DNA of 24,000 nucleotides, from contig DHNT01000019.1 of NCBI GenBank assembly GCA_002410615.1, positions 32,855 through 56,854 on the forward strand, written 5' to 3'. The notes beneath the pieces are model-generated. The model made no database searches. It saw only the letters and a program-made list of their open reading frames with translations, and was not told where the DNA came from. The DNA is from Acholeplasmataceae bacterium UBA5409. Its GTDB lineage: Bacteria; Bacillota_I; Bacilli_A; Acholeplasmatales; UBA5453. Shown here piece by piece: positions 7,348-15,754 of the stretch. How positions within the stretch are numbered: the stretch's first letter is position 1; every line of letters starts with the position of its first letter. Position numbers and translations under genes: made by a program.

Positions 7348-8782
7348 CGTATTCACCTAATAAAAACCATGTTCTTGCTTCGGTTATCTTTACTTTAACG
7401 ATTTTACCTATCATTGATTCATCGCCCTTAAAATTTACCAATTTGTTATGGGCTGAATACCCCGCTAAAATGGAATCATCTTTTTTAGAAAAACCATCCA
7501 CCAAGACCTCAACAATTTCGCCTAAGAACCTTTCAGTCCCTCTTAGATAACCAGCGTTAACAACTGCATTCAATCTTTGAAGCCTGTCTTTTTGTTCACT
7601 CTCAGTAATGGTATTTTCAAATGAAGCTGCGGGTGTACCACCTCTTGGAGAAAATATAAATGTATAAGCGCCTTCAAAATCAACTTCATTAACTAAATCT
7701 AATGTTAATTGGAAATCTTCTTCTGTTTCAGTAGGGAAGCCTACAATAATATCCGTTGTAATACTAATACCTGGTCTAGCTTCTTTTAGGGCGTTGATGA
7801 CATTAAGATAATGCTCTTTCGTATAGTGACGATTCATCTTTTTTAAAACACTATTTGAACCACTTTGAACTGGTAAGTGTAAGTGGGGCATCAAATGTTT
7901 TGCGTTTCGATAAGCTTTAATTGTTTTATCATCAATATCTCTGGGATGGGAAGTGGTAAACCTAATTCTAGGCATTCCCGTTTTATCTAGGTCCATTAAT
8001 AGATCACCAAATGTATAATCTAAATCTTTAAAATCTTTACCATAGGCATTGACATTTTGGCCTAAAAGGGTTACTTCTTGGTAACCTTGTCTTGTTAACT
8101 CTTGAACTTCTTTAATAATTTCATCTTTATTTCTAGAACGTTCTTTTCCTCTTGTATAAGGCACGATACAGTATGTGCAAAACTCATCACAACCAAACAT
8201 AATGTTTACCCACGCTTTAAACTGATGTGCTCTTATTTTTGGTAAGTTTTCGACGATTGATCCTTCATAAGAATAAACCTCAATAACACGTTCTTTATCG
8301 AACATCGCACTTTTTATATAGTAGGGTAGTTTATGGATATTATGTGTTCCAAAAACGATATCCACATAAGGATAACTCTTTAAGATTTTTGAAACAACCC
8401 CTTCTTCTTGAGCCATACACCCACATAGTCCAATTAATAAATCCGGATTTTGTTTCTTAAAACTTTTTAACCTGCCTAACTCGCCCCAAATTCTATCTTC
8501 AGCATTTTCTCTAATCGCACAAGTGTTTAATAAAATAACATCACTGTCTTTTTCTTCAGACGCTAAAGTATAACCCATATCTTCAAATATGCCTGCCATA
8601 ATTTCACTATCGGCTTCGTTACCTTGGCAACCGTAAGTTTGGATACGGTATGTTTTACCATGTCCAATTCCTTGAAATTCATTTTCTAATTCAAAAGCGA
8701 TATAATCGGCATCACCTTTGCGTTTTTTGGCATCTTTTAAGTTAGGTTTAAAATATTTTTCTATATCAATATTATTACCCAT
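7337..8782 (-). CDS. miaB: tRNA i6A37 methylthiotransferase (radical SAM, ms2i6A synthase)
   Basis: UPF0004 N-terminal Cys triad (YGCQGN, NTCAIR, CGCMAQ), radical-SAM CDEFCTYC, C-terminal TRAM domain. Start placed at ATG 8782 (MGNNID...), 5 nt after AGGTGA; the ORF-track GTG at 8791 lies within the SD. Confidence 0.92.
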   Translation of the reverse strand: MGNNIDIEKYFKPNLKDAKKRKGDADYIAFELENEFQGIGHGKTYRIQTYGCQGNEADSEIMAGIFEDMGYTLASEEKDSDVILLNTCAIRENAEDRIWGELGRLKSFKKQNPDLLIGLCGCMAQEEGVVSKILKSYPYVDIVFGTHNIHKLPYYIKSAMFDKERVIEVYSYEGSIVENLPKIRAHQFKAWVNIMFGCDEFCTYCIVPYTRGKERSRNKDEIIKEVQELTRQGYQEVTLLGQNVNAYGKDFKDLDYTFGDLLMDLDKTGMPRIRFTTSHPRDIDDKTIKAYRNAKHLMPHLHLPVQSGSNSVLKKMNRHYTKEHYLNVINALKEARPGISITTDIIVGFPTETEEDFQLTLDLVNEVDFEGAYTFIFSPRGGTPAASFENTITESEQKDRLQRLNAVVNAGYLRGTERFLGEIVEVLVDGFSKKDDSILAGYSAHNKLVNFKGDESMIGKIVKVKITEARTWFLLGEYDES

Positions 8783-8821
8783 TTTTATCACCTAATTTAG
8801 TATACTATAAAAAATAACTTC

Positions 8822-8850
8822 ATTCAAACAAAAAGGGCGAATCGCCCTTT
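8822..8850 (-). terminator. Rho-independent terminator after ymdB
   Basis: The minus strand reads TAAAGGGCG-ATT-CGCCCTTTTTGTTTG: a GC-rich stem (8832-8839 / 8843-8850), a 3-nt loop, then a U-tract. The stem overlaps the ymdB stop codon. Confidence 0.7.
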
Positions 8851-9604
8851 ATTCTTCGATGTGAATTCGGTTAATTGAATTTTGATTCAAGTCCACCATA
8901 ACCGCATTTAATTGTCGTTTTCCTTCTTCGACTTCATTCGGTATGGTAAAACCATTTAAAAATCGATTAATCACAATTTCTCTTTTAACCCCAATAATTC
9001 CATTGAGTGGTCCAGTCATCCCAACATCACTTATATATAAAGTCCCTTTTGGTAAACTTCTTTCATCGGCAGTTGGAACATGTGTATGGGTGCCGACAAT
9101 GACCGAAGCGATTCCATCTAAATAATGTCCAAACGCGATTTTTTCACTGGTGGCTTCCGCATGAAAATCAATAAAAGAATAATCCGGTTTAACTGTTTCG
9201 ATTAACTTCTTCGCTAAGGTGAAGGGGTTATCTAGATTCGCATCCATGAAAGTTCTCCCTAAGAAATTCATAACCATTAACGTTTTACCATTATAGTTAA
9301 TTAAATCATATTGTTTGCCTGGCGCATCATTATAATTAGCCGGTCTACAAATATGGGCACTATCAATGTAGTCAGCTAACGATTTTTGACCCCAAACATG
9401 GTTTCCCATCGTAATGGAACTAACACCCATTTCCATCAGTTCTTTATAGTATTTGTCAGTAATACCTCTACCATTATTGGCACTATTTTCGGCATTGACA
9501 ATGATTAAATTGGGTTTATAAGTTTCTTTTAAAAAAGGTAGATTTTCTTTAAAATAGTTTCTACCTGCTTCACCGTATATATCACCCACGAATAATATTT
9601 TCAT
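8849..9604 (-). CDS. ymdB: YmdB-type metallophosphoesterase (2',3'-cyclic-nucleotide phosphodiesterase family)
   Basis: MKILFVGDIYG, NAENSANNGRG, GNHVW, DFHAEATSEK and GTHTHV metallophosphoesterase motifs. It lies directly downstream of rny, as in B. subtilis. Start placed at ATG 9604, 6 nt after GAGG; the ORF track extends 7 codons further, to 9625. Confidence 0.88.
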   Translation of the reverse strand: MKILFVGDIYGEAGRNYFKENLPFLKETYKPNLIIVNAENSANNGRGITDKYYKELMEMGVSSITMGNHVWGQKSLADYIDSAHICRPANYNDAPGKQYDLINYNGKTLMVMNFLGRTFMDANLDNPFTLAKKLIETVKPDYSFIDFHAEATSEKIAFGHYLDGIASVIVGTHTHVPTADERSLPKGTLYISDVGMTGPLNGIIGVKREIVINRFLNGFTIPNEVEEGKRQLNAVMVDLNQNSINRIHIEE

Positions 9605-9626
9605 CCTTCGCCTCATAAATATCATT

Positions 9627-9647
9627 AAAGGGGCGAGTTGCCCCTTT
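9627..9647 (-). terminator. GC-rich hairpin between rny and ymdB (attenuator, processing or stability element, or weak terminator)
   Basis: AAAGGGGC (9627-9634) / GCCCCTTT (9640-9647) with a 5-nt loop. On the minus strand it is followed by AATGATATTT, so the U-tract is poor. Confidence 0.45.
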
Positions 9648-9651
9648 AGTA

Positions 9652-11223
9652 TTATTTTGCAACGTCTGTCGCTCTTGTTTCTCTAACCACAGTAACTTTT
9701 ATTGTTCCAGGGTATTGTAAGTTTGCTTCAATTTGTTCTCTAATTTCTCTAGCAATCTTGAAAGTCATCTTGTCATCAACCTTATCAGGTTCGACGATCA
9801 CTCTAATTTCACGACCGGCTTGAATTGCGTATGAACGTTCTACACCTTCGACTGAATTACTGATTTGTTCTAAGGCTGCAAGACGTTTAATGTAGTTGTC
9901 CATCGACTCACTTCTAGCACCAGGTCGAGCCGCACTTAATGCATCAGCAGCAGCTACTAAAACAGCAATAATACTATGTGCTTCGGTATCACCATGGTGT
10001 GAGGCAATCGCATCAATAACTTCTTTTGGTTCTTTGTATCTTGAGACAATGTTTACCCCAATTTCAACGTGAGAGCCTTCAACTTCATGGTCAACTGCTT
10101 TTCCAATATCATGAAGCAATCCCGCACGCTTGGCAATGACTTCGTTCTCACCAATTTCAGCAGCTAATTTACCCGCTAAAAAGGCAGTTTCAATTGAGTG
10201 TTTTAACACATTTTGACCATAACTCGTTCTAAAATGTAATTTACCTAATAACTTGATTAGGTCTGGATGCATTCTACCTACACCCGTTTCAAATACAGCA
10301 TTTTCTCCAGATTCACGAATAAATGTTTCAACCTCAGCTTGAGATTTAATAACCACTTCTTCGATTCTACCTGGATGAATTCTACCATCTTCTACTAAAC
10401 TGGTCAATGACCGTTTAGCAACTTCTCTTCTAACTGGGTCAAATCCAGATAATACGACCGCTTCAGGTGTATCATCAATAATTAAATCCACCCCTGTTAA
10501 AGCCTCAAAGGTTCTAATATTTCTACCTTCACGTCCAATAATGCGGCCTTTCATCTCTTCAGTTGAAAGGGTCACAACACTAACTGTACGTTCAGTAGTG
10601 GTTTCACTCGCATATTTTTGAATTGCTAATGTTAATAATTGTTTCGCTCGTTGATCTACTTCTAATTTCGCTTGTTCTTCTTGTTCTTTAATGTACAAAT
10701 TAATTTCATCTGCCATATCTATTCGGACCCGGTCCATAATTATCTTTTGGGCTTCTTCGACAGATATACCAGAGATTTCCATTAATTTATCTTCTTGTTC
10801 TTTTAAAATCTCTTCCACTTTGCTATGTAATTTATCAATTTCAATTTTCTTCTCATCCAATTTAATTTCTTTAGAAGCCATATGCTCTTCACGTTTATCT
10901 AAATTGGCCGATCTTTTGTTTAACTGATCCTCCCTATTGTTCACTTTATTCTCTAAGTCAACAACAGCTTGTCTTCGTTCTTTTACATCTTTATCAAAAT
11001 CACGCTTTAAGTTAAAAATCTCTTGTCTGGCTTCAAGAATGCTTTCTTTTTTTGTTTTTTCAGCTTCCTTTTTGCCTTCTTCAATAATGTTTTCTGCTTC
11101 TCGTTTGCTATTCTCTAATGATTTTTCATGGTGCTTTACACGTAAAAAATATCCTATTAAAGTCCCAGCAACTAATGCTAGCAAAATGGAGATAATCAAT
11201 ATTATTACTTCTGTTAAACTCAT
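9652..11223 (-). CDS. rny: Ribonuclease Y
   Basis: 523 aa. N-terminal transmembrane helix, Lys/Glu-rich coiled coil, KH domain ([19 protein letters not shown]), HD domain (GLLHDIGKA ... ASHHG). GGAGG lies 7 nt upstream of the ATG. Confidence 0.95.
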   Translation of the reverse strand: MSLTEVIILIISILLALVAGTLIGYFLRVKHHEKSLENSKREAENIIEEGKKEAEKTKKESILEARQEIFNLKRDFDKDVKERRQAVVDLENKVNNREDQLNKRSANLDKREEHMASKEIKLDEKKIEIDKLHSKVEEILKEQEDKLMEISGISVEEAQKIIMDRVRIDMADEINLYIKEQEEQAKLEVDQRAKQLLTLAIQKYASETTTERTVSVVTLSTEEMKGRIIGREGRNIRTFEALTGVDLIIDDTPEAVVLSGFDPVRREVAKRSLTSLVEDGRIHPGRIEEVVIKSQAEVETFIRESGENAVFETGVGRMHPDLIKLLGKLHFRTSYGQNVLKHSIETAFLAGKLAAEIGENEVIAKRAGLLHDIGKAVDHEVEGSHVEIGVNIVSRYKEPKEVIDAIASHHGDTEAHSIIAVLVAAADALSAARPGARSESMDNYIKRLAALEQISNSVEGVERSYAIQAGREIRVIVEPDKVDDKMTFKIAREIREQIEANLQYPGTIKVTVVRETRATDVAK

Positions 11224-11327
11224 AATATACCTCCATTATATATTTAATTTTTATTTTGTATGAGCGTTACAAATAAACATTCAAATTAATTATCAAAAAT
11301 ACTTTATATCTTAATTCTTACAAGTTT

Positions 11328-11357
11328 ATTATAACATTTTATTTCTATGATAGTCAA
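11328..11357 (-). promoter_or_regulatory. Putative strong promoter for rny (extended -10)
   Basis: The minus strand reads TTGACT (11357-11352), an 18-nt spacer ending in TGT, then TATAAT (11333-11328), which gives TGnTATAAT. It predicts a 5' leader of roughly 100 nt before the rny ATG. Confidence 0.55.
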
Positions 11358-11395
11358 TTTATGTTTTTTCTCTTTTATTTTCAGTTAATATCATG

Positions 11396-11401
11396 TATAA
11401 T
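11396..11401 (+). promoter_or_regulatory. Candidate -10 box for the + strand orphan gene
   Basis: TATAAT at 11396-11401, 22 nt upstream of ATG 11424. No convincing -35 (ttttat at 17-nt spacing). Confidence 0.35.
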
Positions 11402-11423
11402 GAATAGGATTGCGAGGGATATT

Positions 11424-12017
11424 ATGGCAAACAAAAAACAACCAAATCAACCATCTTTTTTCACAAGACACCGTTTATTAAGCCTCATGTTAATCTTATT
11501 TTTAGTCGTTCTTCCTTTGGTTTTTATACCTAGTGTCTATATCTACAAATTCTCAACTAAAAACCCTGTATTATTTGAAACCAAAGGGGTTAAATTAGTT
11601 AAACCTGAAGATTCAATATTTAATACAGAATTTATACTATCTGAAATTAAGATGCCTAATGAAGATAACTTAAAAGGTGCCTATGTGTTTAAATATAAAT
11701 TAAACCCTAAAGAAACTGTCAATACCATCACAAACGTTAAATATCAATTTCAACTTTCTGTCATAAATGATAAATACACGACTTATTCTTTAGAAAATTT
11801 AACCGCTGTGCCAAAAGATAATTATAGTACAACATCAATTGAATTTAATTATAATATGGACAAATTTATTCTTCCTTTTATTAGTGCTAAAGGTCCAAAT
11901 CTTTATATTAAGATTACCTACGATGAAGTTTTACTGGAGCTTGGAACAACCAAAACCCACACCATTTATATGCGTTTGGATTACGATGACTCTACCACGA
12001 AAGTGACACTACAATAA
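11424..12017 (+). CDS. Hypothetical signal-anchored membrane protein (197 aa)
   Basis: Start placed at ATG 11424 (MANKKQPNQPSFFTRHR...), preceded by GAGGGA. The ORF-track start at 11361 would lie upstream of the candidate -10 box. The protein has a basic N-terminal tail and one hydrophobic helix (LLSLMLILFLVVLPLVFIPSVYIY). A Cys-free ectodomain of about 140 aa follows, rich in N/K/T/Y. No family recognised. Confidence 0.65.
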   Translation: MANKKQPNQPSFFTRHRLLSLMLILFLVVLPLVFIPSVYIYKFSTKNPVLFETKGVKLVKPEDSIFNTEFILSEIKMPNEDNLKGAYVFKYKLNPKETVNTITNVKYQFQLSVINDKYTTYSLENLTAVPKDNYSTTSIEFNYNMDKFILPFISAKGPNLYIKITYDEVLLELGTTKTHTIYMRLDYDDSTTKVTLQ

Positions 12018-12026
12018 AATTATATT

Positions 12027-12066
12027 TTAAAAAGGTATTTGGAAAGCTCCAAATACCTTTTTTTGT
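12027..12066. terminator. Bidirectional Rho-independent terminator shared by the orphan gene (+) and recA (-)
   Basis: Perfect 12-bp inverted repeat AAAGGTATTTGG (12031-12042) / CCAAATACCTTT (12049-12060) with a 6-nt loop. It is flanked by an A-run upstream and a T-run downstream, so a U-tract follows the hairpin on either strand. Confidence 0.8.
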
Positions 12067-12069
12067 GTT

Positions 12070-13056
12070 TTAAGTTAAATCGTAATGTGTTCTAATTAAT
12101 CCTTCAATCTTGTTTTTAATCTCAATGTTTGTATCTAAGAAAGTTTTAGCGTTTTCACGTCCTTGACCAATCTTTTCACCTTCATAAGCATACCATGCGC
12201 CACTCTTTTGAATAATGTCAAGATCACTGGCAATATCGACAATCTCACCTGTCTTAGAAATACCTTGTCCAAAAATCAAATCAACTGAAGCACTCTTGAA
12301 TGGTGGTGCTACTTTATTCTTAACCACTTTACAATTCGCTTTAGCGCCAATCATATCATTACCAACCTTTAATGTTTCGCCTCTTCTAATCTCAAGTCTA
12401 ATAGAGGCATAAAATTTCAAGGCTCGACCACCTGAGGTCGTTTCTGGGTTACCAAAGACAATCCCCACTTTTTCTCTGATTTGGTTTATGAATATACAAA
12501 TCGTATTGGTTTTACTAATGATACCTGATAACTTACGCATCGCTTGGCTCATCAGTCTGGCTTGAAGTCCAATATGTGAATCGCCCATTTCACCACTAAT
12601 TTCAGATTCTGGCACGAGCGCTGCGACTGAGTCAATCACCACGATGCTTACCGCCCCACTTCTAATCAGTGCTTCGGTGATTTCTAAAGCTTGTTCTCCG
12701 GTGTCTGGTTGGCTTAATAAAAGATTATCGACATCCACCCCAAGGTTACCTGCATATTTCGGATCAAGCGCGTGTTCCGCGTCAATAAACGCTGCAGTGC
12801 CACCTGCCTTTTGAATTTCTGCAATCGCATGCAATGCGAATGTCGTTTTACCTGATGATTCAGGTCCATAGATCTCAATAATTCTTCCCTTTGGATAGCC
12901 CCCTATCCCAAGCGCGATATCTAGTGAAAGCGAGCCTGAGGAAGAGGTCTCAATATCTCTATCCGCCTTGTCGCCTAATTTCATAATTGAACCTTTGCCA
13001 AATTGTTTTTCGATTTGTTTTAGTGTACTTTGTAATACATCGTTCTTTTTGTCCAT
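12070..13056 (-). CDS. recA: Recombinase RecA
   Basis: 328 aa. Walker [10 protein letters not shown], Walker [11 protein letters not shown]1/L2 loop motifs, [16 protein letters not shown] lies upstream of the ATG. Confidence 0.97.
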   Translation of the reverse strand: MDKKNDVLQSTLKQIEKQFGKGSIMKLGDKADRDIETSSSGSLSLDIALGIGGYPKGRIIEIYGPESSGKTTFALHAIAEIQKAGGTAAFIDAEHALDPKYAGNLGVDVDNLLLSQPDTGEQALEITEALIRSGAVSIVVIDSVAALVPESEISGEMGDSHIGLQARLMSQAMRKLSGIISKTNTICIFINQIREKVGIVFGNPETTSGGRALKFYASIRLEIRRGETLKVGNDMIGAKANCKVVKNKVAPPFKSASVDLIFGQGISKTGEIVDIASDLDIIQKSGAWYAYEGEKIGQGRENAKTFLDTNIEIKNKIEGLIRTHYDLT

Positions 13057-13102
13057 ACTAGACCTCCTAATTTATAATACACATTGACTTTGATAATTTA
13101 CT

Positions 13103-13696
13103 TTAATCTTCTTGTAACACAGCTCTATTTTTATATAAATAGTCTATTCCACTCAGTAAGGTTAATAAGACTGAGATATAAAATAGGACATCTGTTAGAT
13201 AATGACCTTGACTACCTAAAATACTATCCAATCCAAAACGGTTAAATAAAATTAAGACTAAGGTCGGCATGGTCACAATCGTTTTAATCTTTCCAAACCA
13301 ACTTGCCGCGATAACGACTTGCTTATTAGCGCCTAACATTCTAACAGCACTGACCAATAATTCTCTAAATATGACGATCAGCACTAAAGTCCACCAGAAT
13401 GAAACATATTCGGTTCTAAAAATAGCGATGTATGTCATCGCCGAAATAACCAATAGTTTATCCGCGATAGGATCTAAAAATTTGCCGAATGTGGTGATTT
13501 CATTACGTTTTCTTGCGAGATAACCATCGAGCCAGTCTGTAATAGAGCCTAAGGTAAATAAAATGGCAAATAGTAATTCTGCCAAAGATAATTCAAAGAT
13601 GGTTTCTTTGTCTTGTAGGACTGGTAAAAAGAGCAGAATAATCATAATAGGAATGACAAGCATTCGGGAAATAGTTAGTTTGTTTGAAATTGTCAT
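13103..13696 (-). CDS. pgsA: CDP-diacylglycerol--glycerol-3-phosphate 3-phosphatidyltransferase
   Basis: CDP-alcohol phosphatidyltransferase signature DGYLARKRNEITTFGKFLDPIADKL (D-G-x2-A-R-x8-G-x3-D-x3-D) and multiple transmembrane helices. Lies upstream of recA, as in B. subtilis. Start placed at ATG 13696; the ORF-track GTG at 13708 lies inside an SD-like GTGAG. Confidence 0.88.
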   Translation of the reverse strand: MTISNKLTISRMLVIPIMIILLFLPVLQDKETIFELSLAELLFAILFTLGSITDWLDGYLARKRNEITTFGKFLDPIADKLLVISAMTYIAIFRTEYVSFWWTLVLIVIFRELLVSAVRMLGANKQVVIAASWFGKIKTIVTMPTLVLILFNRFGLDSILGSQGHYLTDVLFYISVLLTLLSGIDYLYKNRAVLQED

Positions 13697-13737
13697 GGTA
13701 AAACTCACTTTCTTTTTATTAAATTTCTATTTTTTTC

Positions 13738-13766
13738 TTGCAAAATAATACTAGTTTTGTTATAAT
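13738..13766 (+). promoter_or_regulatory. Promoter for rpsT (extended -10)
   Basis: TTGCAA (13738-13743), a 17-nt spacer ending in TGT, then TATAAT (13761-13766). AGGAGGTGA SD at 13784-13792 and ATG at 13797. Confidence 0.7.
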
Positions 13767-13796
13767 CAAATACGGTTAATCTCAGGAGGTGAGAAA

Positions 13797-14057
13797 ATGG
13801 CTAATATTAAACAACAAATTAAACGCAACAAGACCAATGAAAAGCGCCGTTTACTAAATCAAAGTTTTAAATCTTCGACTAAAACAGCAGTTAAAGCAGT
13901 TCATAAAGCAGTTGAGTTAAAGGATAAAGACGCTGCGGTAAAAGCACTTAACCACGCAAATAAGAAATTAGACAAGGGTCAAGCTAAAGGCATTTATCAC
14001 CGTAACTTCGTCGCTAACCATAAGTCAGATTTATCAAAACTAGTTAATTCTATCTAA
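13797..14057 (+). CDS. rpsT: 30S ribosomal protein S20
   Basis: 86 aa, very basic. MANIKQQIKRNKTNEKRR... is typical of the S20 N-terminus. Strong SD. Confidence 0.95.
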   Translation: MANIKQQIKRNKTNEKRRLLNQSFKSSTKTAVKAVHKAVELKDKDAAVKALNHANKKLDKGQAKGIYHRNFVANHKSDLSKLVNSI

Positions 14058-14059
14058 AC

Positions 14060-14084
14060 CACATCTTCGGATGTGTTTTTTTTA
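14060..14084 (+). terminator. Rho-independent terminator of rpsT
   Basis: CACATC-TTCG-GATGTG hairpin (14060-14075) followed by T8. The T-run overlaps the stop codon of the convergent exonuclease gene. Confidence 0.75.
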
Positions 14085-14744
14085 TCTTTTTTCTAATTCT
14101 AGACGGTTACCATATTGGGGAACGTAGGCGACATGAGGCGCTTTGAATTTGGATGGGCCGTATTTAGGGTTGTATCCAATCACATTAATGTACTTATCAA
14201 TGGTGTCTCTTTCCGCAATCATCTTGGTTAAGGCGATCACTGTGGCTTTAACGTCATCTAAGGCTCGGTGCGTATTTGGGACTTCAACTTGATATTTTTC
14301 TACAGCGCTTTCTAGACGGTGCGGAAACGGATGTCTATCTTTATAGACAGCCATGACGTCCAAAATATCATTGGTGATAAATAAATTAGGTTCATTTAAA
14401 TGTTTGCGATACAAAAAAGTTAAAAAGGCATAGTCAAAACTTAAATTATAGGCGACCAATAAGGCGCCTTTTTTATGTAACAATTTAAACTTATTGAATG
14501 CTTCTTGTTCACTAACGCCTTCTTTTTCTAAAAGTTCATCGGTAATCCCGGTAATCTCAACTATTTTAGCTTCTAATTTAAAATCTTGTTTTACAAGCGC
14601 ATTCAATTCTTCTTCAACCTTATAAAATTGTCCTTCTTTTTTAAGTAAGAGGGCACCCATTTCAATAATCTTATCATCGGCTGGATTTAACCCAGAGGTT
14701 TCAAAGTCAAAAGCTAAGATATATTCATATTTTTCGTTTAACAT
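14082..14744 (-). CDS. DEDDh 3'-5' exonuclease (DnaQ / Pol III epsilon-like, stand-alone)
   Basis: 220 aa. Exo I FDFETSGL, Exo II YNLSFDYAFL, Exo III HRALDDVKAT (H-x4-D). The ATG lies 1 nt after the holA stop, with a GGAGG inside the holA 3' end. Confidence 0.85.
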   Translation of the reverse strand: MLNEKYEYILAFDFETSGLNPADDKIIEMGALLLKKEGQFYKVEEELNALVKQDFKLEAKIVEITGITDELLEKEGVSEQEAFNKFKLLHKKGALLVAYNLSFDYAFLTFLYRKHLNEPNLFITNDILDVMAVYKDRHPFPHRLESAVEKYQVEVPNTHRALDDVKATVIALTKMIAERDTIDKYINVIGYNPKYGPSKFKAPHVAYVPQYGNRLELEKR

Positions 14745-14745
14745 A

Positions 14746-15693
14746 TTAACCTCCCAAAAGCCACAACTCTAAGCCTATCTTCGGTTCCACCTCACCACTT
14801 TTAATCCTATAATCTAGGTCAGCTAAAGTATCATAATAGTTCTTTAATTCTGGCATTGCCATGCTGTTGGCATTTTTAATCATATAATAAGCGCGACCTT
14901 TTGATACATTGAAATAATCCATAATACTTTTTTCATTGTAACCTTGATCAAGTAAGTGTTTCGTGGTAATAATTTCTTTTAATTTATAAGAAATATTTAA
15001 AATTAAATTAACCGGTGTTTCATTTTTTGTCAATAAATCATAATAAATTTCTAATGCTTTTCGCTTGTTCTTAGCGATGATTGCGTTCGACAATTCAAAA
15101 ATATTATCTTCTAAGTTTCTTGGCACCAATAAGTTAACGTCCTTCAAAGTAATCTTTCTGTCGTCATAAGCGAATAATTTAAGTTTTTCAGTCTCATTAT
15201 AAAGACTATTAAAGTCGTAATTGACACGGTCAATTAATTCATTAATCGCTTCATCACTGATTTGATATTTAAGTTCGGCAAAGTAGTTTTTAATATAGGG
15301 GTAAAAATCTTTTTCCTCCATTTTATCAACCACTTCAAACCGGATATATTTTTTGGCTTCACGACTAATGAGAAAGTTCGAATCAACGTCCTTCTTAAGC
15401 AAGAAAATCAGTGTGGTATCTGTCTTTGGATCTTGAAAGTAACGAATTAAACTTTGAAGATTTTCACCTCTATCTTCATAAAAAAACCAGGCGTTTTTAA
15501 CCTTGATTACTTTTTTGTCTGAAAGTAAGCTTATTGTCGTTATTTCTTGTAAAAATTCGTATAATTCTTGTTCTTCCAAATCATACGTTAAGACGTTAAA
15601 CGCTTCTACTTTTAGTTTTTTTACGAGTTGGTCCACTTCATTTTTAACTAAAAAATCATCTTCACCAACAAAAGCGTAAATGTAATCTTTCAT
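14746..15693 (-). CDS. holA: DNA polymerase III delta subunit
   Basis: 315 aa. N-terminus YAFVGEDDFLVKNEV is typical of delta subunits, and the rest is helical. Conserved position between comEC and rpsT, as in B. subtilis. Confidence 0.8.
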   Translation of the reverse strand: MKDYIYAFVGEDDFLVKNEVDQLVKKLKVEAFNVLTYDLEEQELYEFLQEITTISLLSDKKVIKVKNAWFFYEDRGENLQSLIRYFQDPKTDTTLIFLLKKDVDSNFLISREAKKYIRFEVVDKMEEKDFYPYIKNYFAELKYQISDEAINELIDRVNYDFNSLYNETEKLKLFAYDDRKITLKDVNLLVPRNLEDNIFELSNAIIAKNKRKALEIYYDLLTKNETPVNLILNISYKLKEIITTKHLLDQGYNEKSIMDYFNVSKGRAYYMIKNANSMAMPELKNYYDTLADLDYRIKSGEVEPKIGLELWLLGG

Positions 15694-15754
15694 ATCATAC
15701 CACCTACGCTATATTATACTACAAAAATCAATGTTTTGTACAATAAAAACTAAC

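Noticed and set aside
11361-11423. A 21-codon N-terminal extension (MFFLFYFQLISCIMNRIARDI) of the + strand orphan gene, as given in the ORF track.
   Set aside because: The extension has no SD, would begin only 4 nt from the rny -35 box, and contains the candidate TATAAT for this gene. The ATG at 11424 has a GAGGGA SD and gives a classical basic tail followed by a transmembrane helix.
13057-13102. Searched upstream of recA for an SOS (Cheo/DinR) box of the form GAAC-N4-GTTC.
   Set aside because: No such motif occurs in the 46-nt pgsA-recA gap or in the adjacent sequence, so I make no claim of LexA regulation. recA may be read through from pgsA or use a weak local -10 (TATTAT/TATAAA).
15694-15754. 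Possible terminator or small gene (the yqzM slot) between comEC and holA. The gap includes the palindrome TTGTACAA and a TATAAT.
   Set aside because: The gap is only 61 nt, too short for a gene. It has no stable hairpin with a U-tract. The promoter-like hexamers have non-optimal spacing (16 or 19 nt), so I did not call a feature.
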